Assembly (NCBI GenBank): GCA_965231905.1
Contig: CBDDOO010000001.1
Location: 869,130 to 933,129, forward strand
Reading direction: 5' to 3'
DNA length: 64,000 nt
Origin: Arenicellales bacterium
GTDB lineage: Bacteria > Pseudomonadota > Gammaproteobacteria > Arenicellales > Poriferihabitantaceae
The notes below the pieces were generated by a model. It was given only the letters and a program-made list of their open reading frames with translations. It did no database searches and was not told the DNA's origin. Within the stretch, counting starts at the first letter, position 1. Each line of letters starts with the position of its first letter. Positions 62,701-64,000 of this stretch are shown piece by piece. Both the position numbers and the translations under genes were made by a program.

Positions 62701-64000
62701 GTGATCGGCGATACGGCGACCCTGAAGCACACGGCTTCCGGCGGAGATTATAGTTCGGTGGAACAGGACCTGGTGGTGACGGTGACGGACGATGATGAGC
62801 CGACCGTATCAGTGGCGAACGCCGCCGCGGTGACCGAGGGCGATGATTCGTCCAAGACCACGGACATGACGTTCACCGTATCGCTGTCCTCGGTGAGCGA
62901 CAAGACCGTGACCGTGCCCTACACGCTTTCTGGCGATGCCACAGCCGGCGCCGATTACACGGAGCCGAACCCACTGTCGGTGACGATTGCGGCGGGCAAC
63001 CCGTCCGCCGACATTACGATACCGGTCAAGGGTGATGCGCTGGATGAGATCAACGAGACGGTGATCGTGACCCTCGGCGCCCCGACCAACGCCACCGTCT
63101 CGACCGTGGCCGGGGAGGGCGCGGCAACCGGCGTCATCACCGATGACGATGCTGAGCCGACCGTTTCGGTGGGCGATGCCGATGCGGTGACCGAGGGCGA
63201 TGATCCGGCCACGATTACGAACATGACGTTCACCGTGTCGCTGTCGGCGGTGAGCGGCAAGACGGTGACAGTACCCTATACGCTGGGTGGCAGCGCCAAA
63301 GCCGGTGACGACTACGTGCGGCCGAATCCGCTTTCAGTGACGATTACGCCGGGAAGCGCTACGGCGAGCATAGCGGTAGCGATCAAGGGCGATGAGGTGG
63401 CGGAGGCCAACGAAACCGTTGAGATTACCCTCAGCGCCCCGACCAATGCCGGCCTTTCGACGGTTGACGGGGCGGCAACCGGATCCGGCACGATTACCGA
63501 TGACGAAGACAAGCCGACAGCGAGTCTGACCCTGACCCCTGCGACAATCAACGAGAGCGGCACGGGCAATGTCAGTACAGTGACGGCCAGTTTGTCCGGG
63601 GTTTCGAGCGAAGACATTGAACTCACTGTTTCGGCTCCCGCCGATGTCACTCTGAGTACGAACAAGAAACTTGTGATCGCTGCCGGAGTGAAGGAGAGTA
63701 CGGGCGAGGTTACCGTTACCGCGAAAAACAACACCAGCGATTCCGCTGACGCCAGTGTCACCCTATCCGCGACAGTAACCAAAGGCGAGACGGCGAACAG
63801 TTCCTCCGACGCCGCGCTGATTATTCGCGACGACGATCCGACAACCGTTACCCTGTCAGCGACCAGTCCTCGCATTACCGAACGGGTTCCGGCGCACACG
63901 GCTACATTGTCTCTGCGACTGTCCCGCGATCTCGATGCGGATGAGATTGCGGAAGTACCGCTGGTATTGAGCAGCGCCACCGGCGCGGTCATTGCCGGCG
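41755..64000 (+). CDS. Giant secreted Calx-beta/Ig-like repeat surface protein, more than 7,400 aa (3' end outside window)
   Basis: No stop seen in frame +1 from ATG 41755 to the end, and no frame +1 ORF in the track. Signal peptide ...RLFGLLALVAVGILTIMEPALA-QG. Dozens of I.DDD, A..G.DY, D...E.DET and LTFT..NW.T.QTVTV repeats. Confidence 0.92.
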   Translation, partial: MGSLNRMYVHPARRQVNACAAGIRAFSPWRLFGLLALVAVGILTIMEPALAQGGTLSSPKVWYEGDGQKTLRYIVKTTGKYDDVGKTYTIETAGTATPADDYVLGTPVNSNLGSPNNSHRLDHVKVPIEFKTDGLNESDETIVLNFYCDCGASDEKTLANTFTLKLKNAARPVPKFSVTSISLDEGATATYGLSLDADPGASETVVIDVRPSIRGLNPHVGPVKVGKTANALVDSASFSFTGGPSGTWATPQIVTLQAGNDWETVDYSVELVHQVNQQPIDQLTERLTASVTNKVAGLLVSETALTVEEGAVATFSVQLIGDPLNNGSVFIEIPIAQRDSFGIRPGREVASANFRAPTAITQFRGSKIGSPNWEDPIFFTVKALKDVDLEDVTITLAPVLTLTTHPRSGINAFPNRTGAGVKVTAKEVVTPLTRPTLSTTTLNVAEGETMQYTVDYPQLKATTVTVDIPASHQGKATVQAAGGQPGASVVLEFKEYILVPGMDPPPPRKPHTVTVTASRDTDTTDESFDLTHTAPAGYKWSGGDLAVAVAITDAGTGLNVSALKFDEHDPAAPLKLSEGYSATYTVSLKSWQSGTVTVTPASDFSSVTVSPTTLTFNGGNWSEPQTVTVTAIEDENAFDEKATISHAVSGYGDVDTGPEIKVNVDDDEHPVSAKLTLRMTGKGVFKEGSGRDTEARVEVELFGPDGYRDRLPQTDFILCYTLGTLGKQNVKPVAKSEGIADNCVDWFISEFVGLPSVVRSFEVFELLHSDSDPLSLDLGTVTVTLKAHPTLTMHDRVSISSTEKEFEFRAIDSTPTQIEMTADGPASIHEGDGRVLFDVGLSRRLVAGEEVRIPLVASGTGIADDDYEIALRSGTGATLSAAAPYTLTLAGAGAKDVVLMLTAVEDRKNEGGTNETLTLTLGEVTSNLDVEDLTTFGTGGTELKSAKSFSVDIVDGITLSLSAGAAVTEGGDAVFTVTANPNPSAPLTANIGIAQTGAFVADADIGTDKTLTIPVAGSADYTVKTLDDTTDEPDGAVTATLIDSFDYAIETGGGSVTVKDNDATTVTLSAAPTSVSEGGDVTVTATLSLVQAADVTIPITASVESGDSAEEVDFSAPASIVIKAGDLTGSADIATVKDADKDTDTFTVALGTLPAGLVAGTPGKASISITDDGEGATVNLSVAATTVKDTDDVRVTATLSHVFASDITVPLRVTATGANPAATTEWVAPGGIAIRKGIATASVAIDIIRDQDKADETFTVSLGSPLPTNLSAGATTSSEIIIDDDGLGHNITLSADPNPVDEGSSTTITATANGSFDADTVIPLTFKGHGTAKAEDGDYEAPDKVTIASGATSGSVTLSANGDRDEDDDVVRVALGSPLPAGVIGGNHQDITITDTGVATGPTLTLSIDPEPASNGDIQVDEGSAVTFTATLDKAWSQDITLELASADSGDSGDPEHAFLSASEDDYTTLSNITIAKGKTSGKTTVTAVADGETEPGTDEVFRVSVLAKKLPDLVFYTSDHVFPGSDDLYYVYIEDQDKPKPKISIELDSRSRNVKEGDTVRFKLTSAGGVPSGAVKLKVEEDGKVLPNGASGDKTFTMTSASDEYSITTTADKIDEHASAITVTLVADPAYQIDETKGSATATVKDDDPTKVGISGSATEINESGGTKLITITLNRELVAGEKLRVELDRRGGDARFPNDFLLTLRKNNGVSFSTEKSTNSALGFSGVVPVITFTGPTGKKADLDLTAVDDKVNEGASESVKLSIVTPVTKPELGGGGAIAKTDTNVKQNVAFNIKDDDTKRTHNVTVAPTTLTLNEGEQGEYYILFGTGYTSDEVDETNFRHEYKATPAYTGNAVTFSPPEVSVEAFRGWGTAQKVTVTAVNDNQVNEKPRTAMITHSVAGYPNLPGVDNITTAPSVTITVNDDRSGLEADSETVSFPITRPRGYKIKLSLKTQPTGNVTVKVASSDINIVAFAGSDFGTRNCNSSGASPPTFGFGPSNWKSFDRFVCIKGLKEGKANITFSVGATADTRYKGKTLVVPVTVTADSRPTVELSVDANRVNEGGSLTLKATLSAAATAATTIPLVYTNGTAEDADYTKATSITVAKGQTEGTAPFATANNNIYEGDETVTVRLGTLPGTVLPGTVTEQMITIADDADLPTLEFLDAANRAPVPEDEGMYDVALIWRGQSELDSSIDWTTANGSATAGEDYTAASGTITRKAGSTSASDQFKVTITDDSVDDPGAAETFTITLSNASNAKVGTKSVHTVSITDNDPTELRLITRSGNDIAEAAGTGTIDVEVVRDLATGESVSAPLVFSGDASFGVDYTLSAPNPKPKGVTYSHLASKDPAKNPPTIAFTAGNGHKRIAPLIITAVQDTADEGADGAGEDLTIAIGKSSATGFGGGVQVRAAEDRHTFAITDDDDLPTISAAAVRVAEGDAGETPTLRFTVSLSPASGRSVSVNYADGASGTATSGADYAAVTAGALTFAPGETSKTVDVILTGDVDDEPDETIVLRLSAPVNAVFAGKATTVDVTGSITDDDATGVSLSASGATRLAEGDATTSVSLALELARDLKPDEIAEIPLDITSATGVAITAAAPANRDYILTAAGTGVTVTGAATAAPKIRFTGGAATERSATIQLTATARDDNDAQHETLSVALGNLADSALATTLSGGLAAIVDNDPNTDDNEVEISITDDEAALPLLNLALADGASAPTEGSPAQYKLTLSPAPVAPLSVKITVAEESDDTLDYIATTEEGERTLTVAASQSVFNFSVSTVDNTRDEDDGGVVVTLVADSAYRIGSNSAHTIAVMDDEVTALTLTRSDDPDPVHEDGGAAELEFKLKKALGADSAVTIPLSIQGAVLPTHATLTVKAGQPGVRLLTTSPYSAAQPALEIQGAGLTTATLVLTAVANSDEMERTVSLAPSGSISVVGAGFSGGVAWSGKAIDIDIANDDGMPEARILAAADRVEEGDTIELHLHVRPVPKEPLYIRVDFSDPHETIGRVYGAGETSSKGGGVYYFSFPAGWTAPRIIEVVSKEDNEDRPDVRFEAVVAAGQGYNVAAAPDNRARVLVIDDDDSPFLSIAAGPAVVEGNRAVFTITRSNPRSVSPHFPAPKVRLKISQTGDVVKAGELGVKKPRFIGDSMTLTVEVETVNDDSDEANAQVIAELLDCPTGKFGTSTVSTCTIPPPPDHQVSVPVNDNDPAVAMVNIRGAPLALSERKLEQGAYEVFLQTDPGQTATVRVDVPAAHTDAVSVQAPGGTPGASATLSFTGGSSGNWNTPQAVTVSALADDDITDETITLSHTVTGYPGVTSAPDVEVRVTDARHGVVTDKTRLEVREYDGTATYRVRLGSAPTAAVTVTPVSGNAGAATVSGPLTFTAVNWKTWQDVTVTGVVRNGPNPIQLTHQVSSSDASYSSLPAARISVVSVSLLRDQRPGVTLAADPNPVIEGTSATVTATLDRIITPAKAVTIPIKFGTANADFVPVSGIPIAAGQKSGSVSVMTVEDSEYEPNEGFRVEIDTDQLPEELYPRARSSVLIRIDDDEDKPRIATLSVSPTRVHECGKPENEGCSDDDESDRDSEKDGEVTVTVTLDEALNSPARAITIPLAYTDSGAVADADYTRLASVTIAAGETQGTGKIRIINDQIHESSQDFVVKLSGNLPPAVRAGDPAQVTVKILRDGSESPPHFRFDRAGVYIEDDSNYRDVSEGVGMLPMKIYRDGETEDTITAGVDISRNEDLKGYRLRWQENVTFSPKDTSKTIRIPIPDNRTDQIESHTLGLSIRGTVTRGWPNDLTIRVVDDDPILATLEPGADLELLEGDSSNKATANLSLSRNLEEGEMVEIPLLLTTSTGAALPGSLAMSAANGKGCKVSVALRYTDTARPRIRITGVDSEQKFPSCVAVSFDARHHDSDTTEEEIKVSFGDFTDKTLVTTSDGGVAEDVGNNTVTLEILDDDQEADGFTLSVDTGAVAEDVSVAPTITVTAEANTRTAFNKEHSITVSVGASGDQAKAPADYAAVTDFTITVPANQKSATGTFVLAPVDDSIDEADEILSVTGSSGNIFVRPATIAITDDDPTPALTLALVPATISESGAANASVVSASMNGLSGEDIELVVYTEKISRHAVPGDLAVSENAVLTISSGATTSTGPVTLTAVDNRVDSDDKEFRVFARVRKGHGVVSPSPLTLTVTDDDTRGVTIAPSALALDEKDDDSTMATKEHEGEYSVVLDSKPSGDVVINLASDSTDLTIAPVKLTFTPANWNTAQKVTVTAIDDADINPESTRAAAIRHTVAASGTDYASVKAAPLSVTIQDDEGRQVEIALDDADGRVVEGGSANVSVSLSGGTLSNNLVVPITVSGAQAADYSFPAGITIAAGATSASAAISLVDDAVDEPTETLTLAIGTLPEPVRAGSVKSVELAIIDGDATSVVMARAPPDSTSAIAENGGVAEMTVTAGRALVGGETLTAPLTVSGSGVIAADYRVRLKSGASLNSGVTLNTADPYSPGAPALVFTGNDSTTSPVRIATLELVGADDSIDEGDSETISLSFGSVVSNLDRVSGTGTGGTSASGAVAVEVTDDDATPVATLVLTPSSIAESGKGNVSTVTATLSGESSEAVVLTVSAAAVAPAVAGDFALMSSTKELTIAAGALSSSGVVTVTAVDNDVDAANKKVTVSAGASGGHGVAPPAGVALTITDDDTRGVVVPTGVESVVSVRESDDTGTPSQREDQATYTVKLASEPTGGDVTIAVASADTDAATVSPVNLVFTAKNWNVAQTVTVSGVNDDVHNTNDLRTTYISHIVSVSGTDYDSVRSSHLVNVVVNDDDGPPTGVRLSVNPASVSEDAGARVVTVTAAPTGGSAFAESKTVRVTVGAATDSADSPADYAAVSAFDVTIAAGAPSGTQTFTLTPVDDDIDEEAGEAISVSGALSGFTIDPVSVTLTDEDERGVSVTPVVLTLDEEDTASTPGTTENVGTYEVVLESEPTGAVTVSLSNSDATVVGLSDASLSFDDSNWSTAQTVTVTAVADAFDNAGDKRTATIGHTVSAVDTDYADETADPVVVTVTDDDDAPTQATLTVSPATVSEDAGATEVTVTATLSGTSRFAEAKTVAVEVGTAGDSAVEGTDYKTVGALNITIAGGAASGSVKFSLEPTDDDWHEGNERLSVAGTLAGVNFTDTHIDITDDDAAPDGVTLTVDPASVSEGATKATEVTVTATVNGSTTYSEGKTVTVSVGDSADSATEGTDYEAVTDIDIVIPAGAGSATGTFSLEPKDDSADEPTETLSVTGSATGGATVSGTQVSLTDDDVTPIVLSRSGGAAFIEEDGGSVEVSVSLGRALATGERVTVPLVISDAVVTTDYTLGLKGATTGVTLLTTSPHSAQNPALRFIGPSASSATLTLTAVNNDDTIERTVRIVYGASARAPSSSGLDGSFTTSGAPVVVPIADDDAQITIAAAEAAEGSAVVFTVTLPAAAPSGGVTIDYAISDGRGVSTDTYQVATSADYTAAANDASLSIAAGDRSGTISVATTQDNTYEGDHYFTVTLSNPSRMTVSRTAGSAVGTITDVADTPVFAFSSATGSVDEGDGTITLTVDKSGTSLVASTVDYATADGTAEAGEDYTTKTGTLSFAAADARKTFEVTIDDDVMDEVAETFAVALTAGAHAALGTVKTQTVTITDDDAAPTGVTLSVSPSSVSEGAKATDITVTATVTGGTTYADDKTVTVKVGEAADSAKSGTDYEAVADQTITIAAGAASATGKFKLTPKDDALNETGETLSITGAATGVSITGAQVTITDDDVTPTVELVLTPASIAESGAGNRSVVTATLSGRSSKAVVLTVSAAAVSPAVAGDFTLSSTTKLTIAAGATASTGLVTVTAVDNEVDAANKQVTVSATASGGHGVATPANVALTITDDDTRGVVLSETSVTVAEGGTKTYTVKLASQPTVDVVVTIAGAGDVTVDTDTGDPGDQNTLTFTTGNWSTVQTVTVIAGEDTDVSNDTATLKHTAAGGDYASVTKDLTVTVTDDDVPAVTITGGTAVTEGADAVFTVTATPVPAADLVVNLEVADAANSDFVLAANEGSGKTVTIPESGTVTYRVATVNDTGANADEADGVVTVAVAVSDDDPATYTVGATASAGVTVNDNDATVVTLTTPDASATEESSTATASLALTLGRALRSGESLSVPLQFSGGTVGTDFALSLSGTATGVGLVANTGVVTFTGSAGGSATVATVALAALSDADAANDTVTVSIPDSDTRSDPADQAEPVLTATGLSGGASGDRTGNGEITVTDDDTAGLTLTPDSLTVTEGGTNTYTVKLATQPSAPVTVTVTGAGDVTVNKTDGAAGVSQILTFTTTNWSTAQTVTVIAGEDDDAANDTATLTHTATGGDYGSVTKNLVVTVTDNDEAGLTLTPDALAVGEGDSKTYTVALASKPTGDVTVTVASNNTDVTVDTDPDIGGAQTTLTFSRTAAATLWSKARTVTVTAGPDTDVANDIATLKHTAAGGDYASVTEDLTVTVTDDDVPAVTIAGGTAVTEGSDVVFTVTATPVPAADLVVNLEVTDAANSDFVAASDQGTGKTVTIPTSGTMTYRVATVNDTGASADEADGVVTVTVAVSDDDPATYTVGATASAGVTVNDNDATVVTLTTPDASATEESSTATASLALTLGRALRSGESLAVPLQFSGGTVATDFALSLSGTAAGVSLAAGTGVVTFTGSAGGSATVATVALAALSDDDAVNDVVTVSIPDSDTRSDPADQAEPVLTATGLSGGASGDRTGNGQIAVTDNDTAAFTLTPTALTVAEGASKTYTVALATRPSAPVTVTVTGAGDVTVNKTDGAAGVSQALTFTTTNWSTAQTVTVIAGEDDDAANDTATLKHTAAGGDYATVEQDLTVTVTDDDEAGLTLMPNALTVGEGDSKTYTVALATEPTAPVTVAVAGAGDVTVDTDSGDPGDQNTLTFSPTETATLWSKTQTVTVTAGQDTDVIGDTATLKHTASGGDYSSVEQDLVVTVTDDDEPTVSVANAAAVTEGDDSSKTTDMTFTVSLSSVSDKTVTVPYTLSGDATAGADYTEPNPLSVTIAAGNPSADITIPVKGDALDEINETVIVTLGAPTNATVSTVAGEGAATGVITDDDAEPTVSVGDADAVTEGDDPATITNMTFTVSLSAVSGKTVTVPYTLGGSAKAGDDYVRPNPLSVTITPGSATASIAVAIKGDEVAEANETVEITLSAPTNAGLSTVDGAATGSGTITDDEDKPTASLTLTPATINESGTGNVSTVTASLSGVSSEDIELTVSAPADVTLSTNKKLVIAAGVKESTGEVTVTAKNNTSDSADASVTLSATVTKGETANSSSDAALIIRDDDPTTVTLSATSPRITERVPAHTATLSLRLSRDLDADEIAEVPLVLSSATGAVIAG

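Noticed and set aside
59500-62790. DGR template/variable repeat pair
   Set aside because: Both copies are in-frame coding, differences are not adenine-specific, and no reverse transcriptase is present.
41566-63992. Many long minus-strand ORFs (e.g. 924 aa at 58474-61248, 557 aa at 49840-51513)
   Set aside because: Antisense shadows of the GC-rich repetitive giant gene; Arg/His-rich translations with no motifs.

Overview
Chromosomal window from a GC-rich gammaproteobacterium. The lineage is inferred from the ubiE-ubiJ-ubiB, zapE, dsbB, glpE and cysQ context. The TA load and giant surface protein resemble host-associated marine symbionts, which is inference only. 1-12.8 kb is housekeeping: ubiB/J/E, DUF971, hemB, adk with a basic tail, cysQ, zapE, metA plus a P-loop partner, uppP, a MidA-like MTase, pteridine reductase and dsbB. 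13-23 kb is a defence island bracketed by GTAG-type REP repeats: type I R-M hsdR-hsdS-prrC-hsdM, two TA modules and a Fic gene. 23-30 kb is a nine-gene Mrp antiporter operon. 30.5-38 kb holds ltaE, a non-Pyl MttB, a deleted dimethylglycine-dehydrogenase remnant, pyk, MscS and glpE. 38-41.5 kb is an AT-rich patchwork: HicAB, a SLATT-like 2TM gene with a small partner ORF, an orphan HsdS TRD, and TA pairs with dead toxins, punctuated by direct repeats and four ATTCAC-N19-GTGAAT palindromes. From 41755 to the window end runs one open frame of more than 7,400 codons, absent from the supplied ORF track. It encodes a secreted Calx-beta/Ig-like repeat protein, with a C19 tract upstream, an in-frame C11 tract, recent 1485-bp internal duplications and a codon-usage switch.
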